Assembly: GCA_043808015.1 (NCBI GenBank)
Contig: JAZDFI010000029.1
Location: 7,003-71,002, forward strand
DNA length: 64,000 nucleotides
Origin: Candidatus Aenigmatarchaeota archaeon
GTDB lineage: Archaea > Aenigmatarchaeota > Aenigmatarchaeia > QMZP01 > QMZT01
Direction: 5' to 3'
The notes under the pieces are model-generated. The model saw only the letters and a list, made by a program, of their open reading frames with translations, made no database searches and was not told the DNA's origin. Below, piece by piece: positions 18,845 to 28,898 of the stretch. The position numbers and the translations under genes are program-made. The number at the start of each line of letters is the position of its first letter. Within the stretch, counting starts at the first letter, position 1.

Positions 18845-19045
18845 ATGCTCTGGTGGCTTGTTTCAAAAATAATCGCCCTCGTAATGATAGCTGCGGGTGG
18901 TTTTCTGGTGTTCTTTTTTCCAGGCATAAGTGGACAGCAGGAGGCGGGCGCTTCCAACTACCCCCAGACGAATTTCGGCCTGGCCGGCATAGTGATAGGC
19001 CTCGTCCTCATAATAGCCGGCGGTTTCCTGCTATTCAGCCAGTGA
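18845..19045 (+). CDS. Small two-TM membrane protein (66 aa)
   Basis: MLWWLVSKIIALVMIAAGGFLVFFFPG...GLAGIVIGLVLIIAGGFLLFSQ is an internally repeated hydrophobic hairpin. The upstream part of the listed ORF is antisense to paralog 2. Confidence 0.4.
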   Translation: MLWWLVSKIIALVMIAAGGFLVFFFPGISGQQEAGASNYPQTNFGLAGIVIGLVLIIAGGFLLFSQ

Positions 19046-19089
19046 GGCGCTAGTAATACTTTTATCTCTTTCTTCCACAATTAATTATC

Positions 19090-20823
19090 ATGGCAGACAC
19101 AGAACTCGAGAAGCCGCTCGACCGCATGACCAGGGAAGAGAAGAAAAAACGAAAAGAAGAGGCGGAAGAACACAAGAGAGAAGCGAAGGTCAGATGGTGG
19201 AAAAAAGAGCTCGGCGATTATGACACGGTCCTGGAATATCTTTTCGCCAAGGCCAGGGAAACCGGCGGCATATATGGCGATATTGTGATAAGCCCCGCCC
19301 TCATAGACCAGATAGTGACTCTCAATCCCGTCGCGCTCGAGGGCCAGGCAGAAATAATTTTCAACGTCTTCATGTACAGGCTGGCCAAATGGCATTATCT
19401 TTTTGAAAAGGCGGACGAACTCATAAAAGTCACGCCGGTAGCGCCGCCAGCGTTCGCCCCGATGCTGGCACAGAAAGAGAAGCTGGAAAGCCACATAAAA
19501 GCGGGCCTCGCATCCGCAGCGCAGGCTGTCGCGGACTACGAGCTGCTGAAGCACGACGAAAGAAAATACAGGGAGATTCTCGACTACTTCAAGATGGGCG
19601 AGAAGGACCAGCACGTGCTGCGCGCGCTTTATGTCGACCGCGTCGACGCCTACATGGGCGATGGCTATTCGATGGTGACGATGACGAAACGCTGGCCCAC
19701 TATAATAGGCGACTTCCTGAAGATGCAGGATGCATGGACGGACACAAAACTCATAAGGGAAAGGCTTAGGGTGACGAACGTCGAGGCGAACGTGCTCAAG
19801 ACGAAAAACGAACTTTTCAAGGAGTGGAAGAAGCTGTTCTTCCCGGATGTGCGCGAGCGCTACGGCAGGATAAAGAACCTGCTCGACTCGAGGAAGCGCT
19901 CCGTCGACGAATACAGGGAATGGCTCAAGCCGTATTTCAACAAGCTAAAACTGATAAGGGAGGAGTCTGAGTTGAAGGACGCGGCATCGGACTTCACGGA
20001 CCCGTTAAAATTCGGGTTCACGCCGAATGGCGAGGTGAACGCGAAGCTCTGGTTCTGGAAACCCATCAGGCCGGAAGAGACAGGCAAACCCCTCATCATC
20101 CAAGGGTGGGGCGAGATACCGATATTCGACGACTGGGTGAAGGATATGCTTCCAGCCCTTGAGGCAAAACATGAAGTCAAGTGGACTGAAGAGCAAGTAA
20201 AAAAATTTATCACTGAAAAACGGCACGGCACTCCCGGTTCAAGGACGAGCAAGCGAAAGGAATTGCTGACCATATACCCTGCACAGGAAATAGACGAGAG
20301 ATTCATTTATTATTTTTTCGTGGATTTGGACTACGTGTGCCAGTACAAGAAAGGCTCGACGGGTCCGATGGTCGTTGAGGACCAGTATTGGCACTTCCAC
20401 CCTTTTCTGTTGTCAAAAAACGTCATCCTGCTCATGCAGCTTGAGCTTGCAAGTAAAAGTAAAAAGCTCAGGAATGAGATAGAGAGAATCATCGGCGTGA
20501 AGGAAATAGAGAGGGAACACATAGAACAGGCTGAGAAGGACTACAGGCTTGAGAGCGAAAACGTGCATGAGGACAAAAAGAAGACTCTCGCGAAATGGAA
20601 AGATGGCTGGGAAGGCAACAAAATAGCATGGAAGGCCAGACGGAGAAACCTCAAAAAGACGCTGCAACCACTGCTCAAATTTTTCTTCAAGCCGGGCCCG
20701 TACGAGATAAACGTCGCCGAGAGGGTCTCGAAAACGTATGGCCTGTATTTCGGAGCCCAGGTGGAGGAGATGAGGGAACTCATCAAGGAAACTAGTTATA
20801 GGATAAGCGGTCAGAGACCATAG
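19090..20823 (+). CDS. Large hypothetical protein (577 aa), Lys/Glu-rich N-terminus, mostly helical
   Basis: Long ORF with no recognisable catalytic motif. Followed 7 nt later by a second large unknown. Confidence 0.55.
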   Translation: MADTELEKPLDRMTREEKKKRKEEAEEHKREAKVRWWKKELGDYDTVLEYLFAKARETGGIYGDIVISPALIDQIVTLNPVALEGQAEIIFNVFMYRLAKWHYLFEKADELIKVTPVAPPAFAPMLAQKEKLESHIKAGLASAAQAVADYELLKHDERKYREILDYFKMGEKDQHVLRALYVDRVDAYMGDGYSMVTMTKRWPTIIGDFLKMQDAWTDTKLIRERLRVTNVEANVLKTKNELFKEWKKLFFPDVRERYGRIKNLLDSRKRSVDEYREWLKPYFNKLKLIREESELKDAASDFTDPLKFGFTPNGEVNAKLWFWKPIRPEETGKPLIIQGWGEIPIFDDWVKDMLPALEAKHEVKWTEEQVKKFITEKRHGTPGSRTSKRKELLTIYPAQEIDERFIYYFFVDLDYVCQYKKGSTGPMVVEDQYWHFHPFLLSKNVILLMQLELASKSKKLRNEIERIIGVKEIEREHIEQAEKDYRLESENVHEDKKKTLAKWKDGWEGNKIAWKARRRNLKKTLQPLLKFFFKPGPYEINVAERVSKTYGLYFGAQVEEMRELIKETSYRISGQRP

Positions 20824-20830
20824 GGTATTT

Positions 20831-22597
20831 ATGATCAAGGTCGGAGTCACGACTGGTTTGTATTACATTGCCAGGGCGGAAGAGCTAGCAACGTCGCTGA
20901 AAAAGATAGGTTATGCCCTGTCGAAAGGTGCGAACTCCATCGAGATATCGGGCGACACTCCGCACGAGATAGATTATACGATAGGACAGGAGATACGCGA
21001 CCTCGCCTTCAAGCAGGGCATCGACCTGTGTTTTCACGGCTCGCTAACCACGCCTTTCGAAATCCCCGAGCGCTCCGACTGGAGGGACGCGCAGGAGCAC
21101 GTCGAGAAGTCGATACGTTCCGCCGTTTTTTCCGGCTCGAAATACGTCCTGTTCCACGCCTGCCTGCACTTCTGGCTGGAGATGATAACGTTCACGTCAT
21201 CGAAGCTCGAAATAGTCATGTGCGACCACGCGGGACGCATCATATCCGACATACTGAAGGATGATGAGCGCCTCAGGAACTGGTTTTCCGTCAAGATGTG
21301 GGAATACGAAAGGCAGTATCCTCACCTGATTCTGAGGGAAGAGGACCGTTACGAAGCGGCTCTCAGGGCGCAGGAAGAAATGAGGATATGGTCGGAAAAG
21401 GAAAATGAAAGAAGGCTTGGCGAGGAAATCAAAAAGAACCCTCCAAAAAACGAAATGGAATTAATGAAAATGCAGGCTCATGTAAGAGAGGGTGTAGCAA
21501 AGGAATTGAGCATCGTGCAGTCAAAAAAACAAAAAGAATACGAAACGGAAATGGTAAAAAAACGAATGGCGAACAACAATCCCGACGAGAGAAGATGGAA
21601 AGTCGAGACTTACGGCAAGATGACCGACTGTTATGAAATAATAGCGCATCATATGTTCTACAGAAAAGACCCGTTATGGGTGGCCATGGCCGAAGTTTAC
21701 AAGGATGTGCTTGCACCTTATAACCTGGATTATAATGACGACTGGGCGCTTGACAAGGCTTGGAGAAAAGCGCAGGACAGTAACGACCGCCAGTTCAAGG
21801 AGTTCTGGTATGCAGCTATGGGCGCGAAGTTCCTTGAAGGCCACATGAAATCGGCCCTGGAATATCTGAACGGCAAGCTGCTGACTTTTCTCAAGCAGTT
21901 CCCGGATTCCGCAAAGCTGATAGAAAATGCCAAAAAACTGAAAATAACGATAGAGATGCCGGACGCCAGAGACCCCAGATACGCCGGGCAATACATATTG
22001 TGGCATCCCAAGCAGATTTATGCCGCCATAAAAACCATAAGAAAAACGCTCAATACCGACAGGATTTTCATGACCATCGACTGGGAGCACATAGCCGGTC
22101 AGGGAGTCGACCCGCTGATAGAGATCGGCAATCTTAAGCGATTGGCGCCGGACTTCGGCAAATACGTGCTTTCCGTCCATTCCAATGCTCCAAACCCGCT
22201 GCATGCCCATTACCCCATAGAGCTGGGCGACACCGAGGTTTACAAACTAAACTATTTTTTGCGCAGCACGGGCTTCGGCAAGCAGCCTGGATACGACGTG
22301 TATCTCTGGTTCGAGCGCGGCGGCGGCGACGACCCGTTCCGCCAGTCAGTCGATACGCTCAAGCTATGCGCCAAATTTCTCGAGCAGGACGTGCATCCGG
22401 ACAATCTGCCCCAGGAATATTTCGGCATAAAACTGACTGGCATGGACTTCTGGAGGCAGGAAAACATAATGAGGGACCACAGGTTCGAGCCGCTCAAGGA
22501 CCTGCTGGAAATGCCCGAAGAGGAATGGGGTATGCTCTCCTCGGTAGCGATGAGAAAGGGTAAGACAAAGGAATTCAAGAAGGAAGAACTGAAGTAG
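20831..22597 (+). CDS. Hypothetical 588-aa protein with split xylose-isomerase-like TIM-barrel signature and a coiled-coil insertion
   Basis: N-terminal GVTTGLYY...HGSLT...FHACLHFW and C-terminal DRIFMTIDWEHIAGQGVD...LSVHSNAPNPLHAHYP resemble metal-binding motifs of sugar-phosphate isomerase / AP-endonuclease-2-like TIM barrels. A charged helical insert of about 150 aa separates them. Confidence 0.5.
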   Translation: MIKVGVTTGLYYIARAEELATSLKKIGYALSKGANSIEISGDTPHEIDYTIGQEIRDLAFKQGIDLCFHGSLTTPFEIPERSDWRDAQEHVEKSIRSAVFSGSKYVLFHACLHFWLEMITFTSSKLEIVMCDHAGRIISDILKDDERLRNWFSVKMWEYERQYPHLILREEDRYEAALRAQEEMRIWSEKENERRLGEEIKKNPPKNEMELMKMQAHVREGVAKELSIVQSKKQKEYETEMVKKRMANNNPDERRWKVETYGKMTDCYEIIAHHMFYRKDPLWVAMAEVYKDVLAPYNLDYNDDWALDKAWRKAQDSNDRQFKEFWYAAMGAKFLEGHMKSALEYLNGKLLTFLKQFPDSAKLIENAKKLKITIEMPDARDPRYAGQYILWHPKQIYAAIKTIRKTLNTDRIFMTIDWEHIAGQGVDPLIEIGNLKRLAPDFGKYVLSVHSNAPNPLHAHYPIELGDTEVYKLNYFLRSTGFGKQPGYDVYLWFERGGGDDPFRQSVDTLKLCAKFLEQDVHPDNLPQEYFGIKLTGMDFWRQENIMRDHRFEPLKDLLEMPEEEWGMLSSVAMRKGKTKEFKKEELK

Positions 22598-22666
22598 ACG
22601 AACGGCTGTTTCTATATTAGAAATTTATAGAAAAATTTAAATGAAAGGCAAAAATCAATGCCGGTT

Positions 22667-23482
22667 TTATTCAGCCCACGTGCTGTTGAAGAACGGTTCC
22701 ACGAAGCTCTTGATGGCATGCTGGGACTGGGCCCAGAACGCGACATCCTGAGTCTGGTGCACCTTCTTGTCATCCGTGAGAGCGAATAACACGTGTTTGT
22801 CGTCGATTGTGTAAACCCTGTTAAGAGGTTTGTTAATGTTCTTCATCTCGGCTATTTCCGCGAATGCCTTAACGGGTACAGTTTCGCTCATGGGTGCAAG
22901 AATTCTGAGCTTCACGCCTTTTTTCGAAATGCGCTTGAGAGAATTGTAGTGGTGTGAGTAAAGCTCGTTTAGCCCGCTTTCGCTGGTTATGATTCTTATT
23001 TCTTTTGTTGCCCTCTTGAACAGCGAACCAAGGTGCTGGTTTATGGAATGCCTGCCCTTAAGTGTGCCTGTCATCTCGAAAGGCTGTACCAGGTTGAGAC
23101 CGTTCTTGTATATCGCTTCAAGCTCGTTTATAACTGGCGATGTCTTCATGTTTTCCATCCTTTCAACCATCTCTTCATGTCGCTTCTGCATGTTGTCCAT
23201 GGTCCTTTCGAGAGCGTCTTTGGGGGCGAGAGCCACGTATCTTATCGGTTTCGACGGCTGAACAATCACGAATCCTTTCTCGGCCAGCGATTCAAGAATG
23301 TCGTAGGATCTTGACCTTGGGACATTCGCTATTTGCGAAAGTTCGCCGGCAGTCGCTACGCCTCTTGCTAACAAAGCCACGAAAATTTTCCTCTCGTAAA
23401 GGTTCAGACCGATGCTCTTCAACGCATCCAGAGTTTTTGTTGTTGCTACCATTTTTTTCACCTTACTGTTAGTAATATTCAC
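22667..23482 (-). CDS. trmB: TrmB-family transcriptional regulator
   Basis: N-terminal wHTH (GELSQIANVPRSRSYDILESLAEKGFV) and C-terminal sugar-binding-like domain typical of TrmB. Confidence 0.7.
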   Translation of the reverse strand: MNITNSKVKKMVATTKTLDALKSIGLNLYERKIFVALLARGVATAGELSQIANVPRSRSYDILESLAEKGFVIVQPSKPIRYVALAPKDALERTMDNMQKRHEEMVERMENMKTSPVINELEAIYKNGLNLVQPFEMTGTLKGRHSINQHLGSLFKRATKEIRIITSESGLNELYSHHYNSLKRISKKGVKLRILAPMSETVPVKAFAEIAEMKNINKPLNRVYTIDDKHVLFALTDDKKVHQTQDVAFWAQSQHAIKSFVEPFFNSTWAE

Positions 23483-23591
23483 TACGGTTATATAAACATT
23501 TTCTTATACTTTTATTTGCGGCGAAAGCTTTATATAGGTTTATTACTCCTTAGTGAATATATTTAAAGGATGCATGTGCCCATAAATGCCG

Positions 23592-25313
23592 CTAGAATGC
23601 GGATTTTCTGCCCCTCTGCTGGCTGTAAAGCCTTTCTATGCGCCCTACATCGTCTGCTTCTCCAGGCGACTTGTCCGTTCGAATCCTCAGCAATCGCGGG
23701 AAGCGCAGGGCGAACCCGGAAGAATAAGTGGGTGACTTCTGTATTTCTTCGTAGGCGATTTCTACCACGATTTTGGGCTCCACCTGGACTACATTACCCT
23801 TCTTCGATGTTATGTGCGTTTTAAGCTGTTCTGTAAGCTCATCGAAAGTCACGTCTTCATCGACGGACTTTTTCTCCTTTATACCCGTGCCCATCATGCC
23901 GCATTCGGCAAACCCCTCGTCACGCCTGCACGATAGTATGAACGTCCCGAACCAGCTGGTGCGCTTTCCTGTGCCCCATTCCGCGCCCGTGATGACCAGG
24001 TCAAGCGTCTCCATTATCGGTTTTACCTTGAGCCAGTAGCCCACGCGCCTGCCCGGCTGGTAGCTCGCGTCGAGATTCTTCACCATCACGCCTTCCTGCT
24101 TCGCCTTGAGCGCGCGCTCGTAAAATTTCTGCGCTTCGCCTGGGTCTTTGGTAACGAGCTTCTCGGCCAGCTGGAACTTACCGGGAATTACATTGATCAC
24201 GGATTCGAGCAGCTTCTTTCGCTTTTCAAGCGTCTCGGAAAAAAGATCCCTGCCGTCCAGATAAACGATATCGAAAAGGTTTACCTGTATAGGGATTGTG
24301 CGGGCCATCTGTTCTATGTCGTATTTTCTCTTTATCCGCTGGGAAAGCTGCTGGAATGGCAGCGCTTCGCCTTTCGCGTCTATGCCCAGCATTTCGCCCT
24401 CTATTATGCATTCCTTTGCCTTTACGCCTTTCAAAACCAGCTCTTTCAGGTCCGGAAACTGCCGCGTCACGTCTTCGAGCCTTCTGGTATAAAACCAGAG
24501 CTTGTCGCCTTTTTTATGGATGCACACGCGGGCGCCGTCGTATTTGAATTCTAAAATAGGTTTTTCGAATGTTTCCAGCGCCTCCTTGAGATCCGGCGCT
24601 TTTTCGGCCAGCAGGACCTGGTATGGCTTGCCAACCTCGACTGTCACCTTCTCGAGTCCGCGGAGGCCGTGCTCTTTGGCGATTTTTGCTATTTCGGCAT
24701 AATCAGGCCGCAAGAACCATGCCCATTCTATGGCGCTTATTATTTTTTTCTTCTCTTCCTGGTCCTTGAAATCGAAAAACGCCGAGGCAATCGAATCGCG
24801 CAGCACTCCTTCCGCGACTCCGACACGCATCTGCTCAAGCACCGTGCGCACTATGTATTTCGCTTCCTTTGGCTGCGCGCTGGAAATGAGTTCTTTTATG
24901 AACGATATCTTGGAATCCTGGGAGCCTTTACCTTCTACCGATGCCAGTTTCTGGAGGTTTTCGAAAACTTTCGTCACGTCAAGCTCGCGGTTCACCAGGT
25001 TTTTCTGTTTTTTGACCGACAGCATTTTTTCCACGGCGAGGCCGAGGTCGCCTGTTTTTCTGAATTCATTCTCCACTTCGCTTTGTGAAAACCCGGCGGA
25101 TGATGCAATCACCTTCATCATCAGCTTATCGGCAACACCCATCTCCTTTTCGGAATAAGGGGGAAAAACTTTACCCTGCATCAGCAGCACGACTTTGTCG
25201 AGTGTTTTGGCATCCGCTTCCCTGAAGAAAGCTGCAATCTTCTCTATTTTGCTCAGGCGCGACGGAGTCTGCTCCAGATATTCGTAAAGCCCGACGAGTT
25301 CAGAATATTTCAT
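23592..25313 (-). CDS. lig: ATP-dependent DNA ligase
   Basis: KYDGARV adenylation motif, followed by EGEMLG and LFDIVYLDG motifs. Length of 573 aa. Confidence 0.9.
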   Translation of the reverse strand: MKYSELVGLYEYLEQTPSRLSKIEKIAAFFREADAKTLDKVVLLMQGKVFPPYSEKEMGVADKLMMKVIASSAGFSQSEVENEFRKTGDLGLAVEKMLSVKKQKNLVNRELDVTKVFENLQKLASVEGKGSQDSKISFIKELISSAQPKEAKYIVRTVLEQMRVGVAEGVLRDSIASAFFDFKDQEEKKKIISAIEWAWFLRPDYAEIAKIAKEHGLRGLEKVTVEVGKPYQVLLAEKAPDLKEALETFEKPILEFKYDGARVCIHKKGDKLWFYTRRLEDVTRQFPDLKELVLKGVKAKECIIEGEMLGIDAKGEALPFQQLSQRIKRKYDIEQMARTIPIQVNLFDIVYLDGRDLFSETLEKRKKLLESVINVIPGKFQLAEKLVTKDPGEAQKFYERALKAKQEGVMVKNLDASYQPGRRVGYWLKVKPIMETLDLVITGAEWGTGKRTSWFGTFILSCRRDEGFAECGMMGTGIKEKKSVDEDVTFDELTEQLKTHITSKKGNVVQVEPKIVVEIAYEEIQKSPTYSSGFALRFPRLLRIRTDKSPGEADDVGRIERLYSQQRGRKSAF

Positions 25314-25367
25314 GATAGAATATTGTTTTATGTTTTAATTTAATTAAAACACGGCCAACTAATGTAT

Positions 25368-26561
25368 ATGAAAGGGCAGTTTTATTCTGCAATCGCAATA
25401 CTCATCGCCATTCCCATCGTCGTATTCGTCACCCTTTATGTGGCCACCCAGGGCGGCGAGGATGGCATCTACCAGGCGATAGTCGCGGACCAGATACACC
25501 AAGTGGAATCGGGAATAGAAAACGATTTCGGCAAGGCCGTCGTGACGTCGGGAAAACGCGCCATGATAGCCGGCGACGACTATGTCGTCATGAGCGGCAA
25601 AGCGCTTTCCGACGCCGCGGGCGGCGTGAAAGAACTGATGCAGTACGGCACGATAGAAGGCAACGAAAGCATACTCATGCACAATAATACCATATCCAAC
25701 TGGACCAGCAAAATACTGGCCATACCGTCAAATTTCGACATCAACATAACTTACTGGGGCCTCGACGTCGCCGGTTCAGGTGCATTTCACATCAAAGCTT
25801 CTGCGAGAATAAACGTTTCTGTCGCTGATGAGGTCGGCATCGCGCGCATAGACAAAATAGGAGAGTATTATGAAGCTCTTATTCCGATTGAGGGGGCCGA
25901 AGATCCCGTATTCACCCTGAAAACAGGCGGCCTTGTCACCAGGACGGTCAAGCTTTCACCATATCCTTACAGGGCAAAAAAACTGGTGATTGGCGGCCTT
26001 AACTCGAGCGGCAACTGCACCGGCAACTTCACAATGAACAAGAGCGACTGCTCGTCAAAAATACTGGTTGCGGAAAACACGAGCGGTGTCGCTTTATCAT
26101 GCTTTTCCGGTTTCATAATAGAAACATCCATGAACCTCAGCTCCGATTCGGACTGTTACGTCACGGGCAACGGCAACGCAGTTGAATCTATAACACAAGC
26201 CCTCGCGGAAACGAATTACAATAAAATATACATAGACGGTCCGACAAAGGCGGCATGGCACCTGCCCATACGCGATGATATAGACGAGAAATATTATTTC
26301 AGCGGTGGTGGTCCGTTGTTTCTGAAGCGACTGGAAGGCAATCTCAACCAAACGCCCGATGGTCTGGAAACTTTTGTGAACCTGCCGGAACTGGAAAGCA
26401 ACCAGATTCCGATAAAGCAGAACGTCATCTCCGTGGATTATATATATTTTGGGGGACAAGACTATATTGGGTATCCGGTGAGGGGTTTGCAGGGCTGGTT
26501 CAGGCTTAACAGGACTTTTACGGACAGGTATAATCTCACCGAGTTGTGCAATGGTTGTTGA
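25368..26561 (+). CDS. Secreted pilin-like Cys-rich glycoprotein (class III-like signal peptide)
   Basis: MKGQFYSAIAILIAIPIVVFV N-terminus, KGQ then hydrophobic helix. Many N-x-S/T sequons and Cys pairs. Confidence 0.5.
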   Translation: MKGQFYSAIAILIAIPIVVFVTLYVATQGGEDGIYQAIVADQIHQVESGIENDFGKAVVTSGKRAMIAGDDYVVMSGKALSDAAGGVKELMQYGTIEGNESILMHNNTISNWTSKILAIPSNFDINITYWGLDVAGSGAFHIKASARINVSVADEVGIARIDKIGEYYEALIPIEGAEDPVFTLKTGGLVTRTVKLSPYPYRAKKLVIGGLNSSGNCTGNFTMNKSDCSSKILVAENTSGVALSCFSGFIIETSMNLSSDSDCYVTGNGNAVESITQALAETNYNKIYIDGPTKAAWHLPIRDDIDEKYYFSGGGPLFLKRLEGNLNQTPDGLETFVNLPELESNQIPIKQNVISVDYIYFGGQDYIGYPVRGLQGWFRLNRTFTDRYNLTELCNGC

Positions 26562-27414
26562 TATGAAAAAAGGGAAAGATGAAGTAACATCCACGGAAAC
26601 AAAAGATAAAGCTACAGGCGAAAATACAAAGGGTTCCGGGAAGAACGATATTCTGGAAAAGAAGTGGGAGAATCTTGTGAAAGAGTCCACAAAGGATTCT
26701 AAACAGACCAAAGACGCGGGCACGAAAGGCGAAGCGCTGAAAGGGGATTTGAAAAAAGAGGTGCCAAAGCACGAAAAACCGGCCAAAGAATCACCTGCAA
26801 AAAAAGAAGCTGCTCGAAAAAAAACAGAGTGGACAGAAGATGATGGGACGGACGATGATGAAAAATCGACCTATAATAAAAAGAAAGGCGTAATAAAAGA
26901 CCATCTGGAAACCGATGTAGATAAACTCTACGAGCTCGCCAGGGACAGGGGAATAATAAAAATAAACGAAGCTGCAAAATTACTGAAAATAGATATAGAT
27001 CAGATCGAAGAATGGGGCAGGATACTGGAAGAGCACAAACTGGTGCGATTACGTTATCCGCCTGTCGGTGAGCCGGTTCTGATACTGAAAAAATTCATGA
27101 CTGACACCGAAAAAATAAAGGAGATAAAGCAAAAAATAAAACTGAAACCGAGGAAGAGGGTGTTCATGATAAACATTATCATACTCGCCTGCTTCATCGT
27201 CGCCGTGTCATTCTATACCATAAGATTCGGGGCCATACGCATCACTTACACCCAAGCTTATTTAGCGGCGGCCGTAATTATTATAATAGCCGGGGTTTTG
27301 ATTTTCAAGTTCAAAATAAAGAAAAGGGTAAAAAAAGATGATAAAAAAAATACCGAGACTTCCTCAGAAGGATCCCAAGGGGACCATGGAAAGCCAGCCA
27401 GAAAACCGGCCTGA
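26551..27414 (+). CDS. Lys-rich protein with internal wHTH-like segment and two C-terminal TM helices
   Basis: Disordered K/E-rich N-terminus, then KLYELARDRGIIKINEAAKLLKIDIDQIEEWGRILEEHKLV, then TM helices. Overlaps both neighbours. Confidence 0.4.
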   Translation: MVVDMKKGKDEVTSTETKDKATGENTKGSGKNDILEKKWENLVKESTKDSKQTKDAGTKGEALKGDLKKEVPKHEKPAKESPAKKEAARKKTEWTEDDGTDDDEKSTYNKKKGVIKDHLETDVDKLYELARDRGIIKINEAAKLLKIDIDQIEEWGRILEEHKLVRLRYPPVGEPVLILKKFMTDTEKIKEIKQKIKLKPRKRVFMINIIILACFIVAVSFYTIRFGAIRITYTQAYLAAAVIIIIAGVLIFKFKIKKRVKKDDKKNTETSSEGSQGDHGKPARKPA

Positions 27415-28897
27415 GGAAAGAAAAATAATAGAGGATTACAGCATAGATTATCAGAATGTATCGGCCTCCGTTAAAATATATCACGACCCGCAGGAATACG
27501 TTCCTATTTATGACCTCAAATACCCCAAGATAGAGGAAGCCACATGGGCGATTCTCGACTCCATCAGGGAAAAAATAGTCACCGAGCTCGCTTTCAGGAC
27601 GGACGACATTCTGAGCACCGAAGAAACCGGGGACGTCAAGAAAAAATTCGTGCAGAAGGCCACCACCCTTATTCATGCGGAACTGCCAAGCCTGTCGAAA
27701 AACGACGTCGGCATACTTGTCGGCATTCTTTCCCAGGAATCGCTTGGCCTTGGCCCGATAGAATTCATGCTTAAAGACAATGACCTCGAAGAGATAGTCA
27801 TAAACAACGCCAAGGAACCCATATGGGTTTATCACAGGACTTACGGCTGGCTGAAGTCGAATGTTATACTGAGCGACGAAACCAAAATATATAATTATTC
27901 CGCACAGATAGGCAGGAAGGTCGGGACCCAGATAACAAATCTCAATCCCCTCATGGATGCTTATCTGACGACAGGCGACAGGGCCAACGCGACACTTTTT
28001 CCGATATCGTCAAAGGGCAACACGTTAACGATAAGAAAATTCGCCAGAAGGCCATGGACCATAACGGATTTCATAGAAACGAACACGATAACCCCGGAAG
28101 TCGCGGCATTTCTCTGGCTGGCTATACAGTTCGAAATGAACATCGTCTGCACTGGAGGCACGGCTTCGGGCAAGACGTCTTTCCTCAATGTATTGTGCAT
28201 GTTCATCCCGCCGAGCCAGCGCATCCTATCCATCGAGGATACGAGAGAAATCCAGCTTCCGCCATTCCTCCACTGGGTCCCCATGACTACGAGGCCGCCG
28301 AACATTGAAGGTAAAGGCGAGGTCACAATGCTTCAACTCATGATAAACGCGCTTAGAATGCGCCCCGACAGGATGATAGTCGGCGAGATACGCCGTTCGA
28401 AGGAAGCAGAAGTCCTGTTCGAGGCTATAAACACAGGCCACTCTGTTTACTCCACGCTTCACGCCAACACCAGCGAAGAAACGCTCAAGCGTCTCATCAA
28501 CCCGCCCATAAACATTCCCATGTCGCTTCTCACGTCGCTCCAGCTGATAGCGGTCATGCACAGGGACAGGCGCAGGAGAATAAGAAGGGTTCTTGAGATA
28601 ACCGAGCTCATACCTTCCGGTGGGCTGGACGAAATGAAAATCGAACTGAACAACGTGTTCAGATGGATACCATCCAAGGACCAGATAGTCGAATGGGGTA
28701 AATCGAACCGCGTCCTCAATGACATCAAGCTATTTTCCGGGATGGAAGATAATGAAATAAAGAAAAATCTCGAGGAAAAAAAGAGCATTCTGATGTGGCT
28801 GGTAAAAAACAAAGTCAACACGATAGATAAAGTTGGCAGTACGATATCCGATTACTATAAGGACCAGGAAAAGATTCTCAGAATGATAAAGAAATAG
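27386..28897 (+). CDS. FlaI/TadA/GspE-family secretion ATPase (type IV pilus assembly ATPase) 1
   Basis: Walker A VCTGGTASGKTSFLN, then SIEDTREIQL and GEIRR motifs typical of archaeal FlaI/TadA. Start trimmed. Confidence 0.8.
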   Translation: MESQPENRPEERKIIEDYSIDYQNVSASVKIYHDPQEYVPIYDLKYPKIEEATWAILDSIREKIVTELAFRTDDILSTEETGDVKKKFVQKATTLIHAELPSLSKNDVGILVGILSQESLGLGPIEFMLKDNDLEEIVINNAKEPIWVYHRTYGWLKSNVILSDETKIYNYSAQIGRKVGTQITNLNPLMDAYLTTGDRANATLFPISSKGNTLTIRKFARRPWTITDFIETNTITPEVAAFLWLAIQFEMNIVCTGGTASGKTSFLNVLCMFIPPSQRILSIEDTREIQLPPFLHWVPMTTRPPNIEGKGEVTMLQLMINALRMRPDRMIVGEIRRSKEAEVLFEAINTGHSVYSTLHANTSEETLKRLINPPINIPMSLLTSLQLIAVMHRDRRRRIRRVLEITELIPSGGLDEMKIELNNVFRWIPSKDQIVEWGKSNRVLNDIKLFSGMEDNEIKKNLEEKKSILMWLVKNKVNTIDKVGSTISDYYKDQEKILRMIKK

Positions 28898-28898
28898 G

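Noticed and set aside
18287-19045. 252-aa plus-strand ORF
   Set aside because: Most of it is antisense to tandem paralog 2. Only the last 66 codons (from the ATG at 18845) form a plausible small membrane protein.
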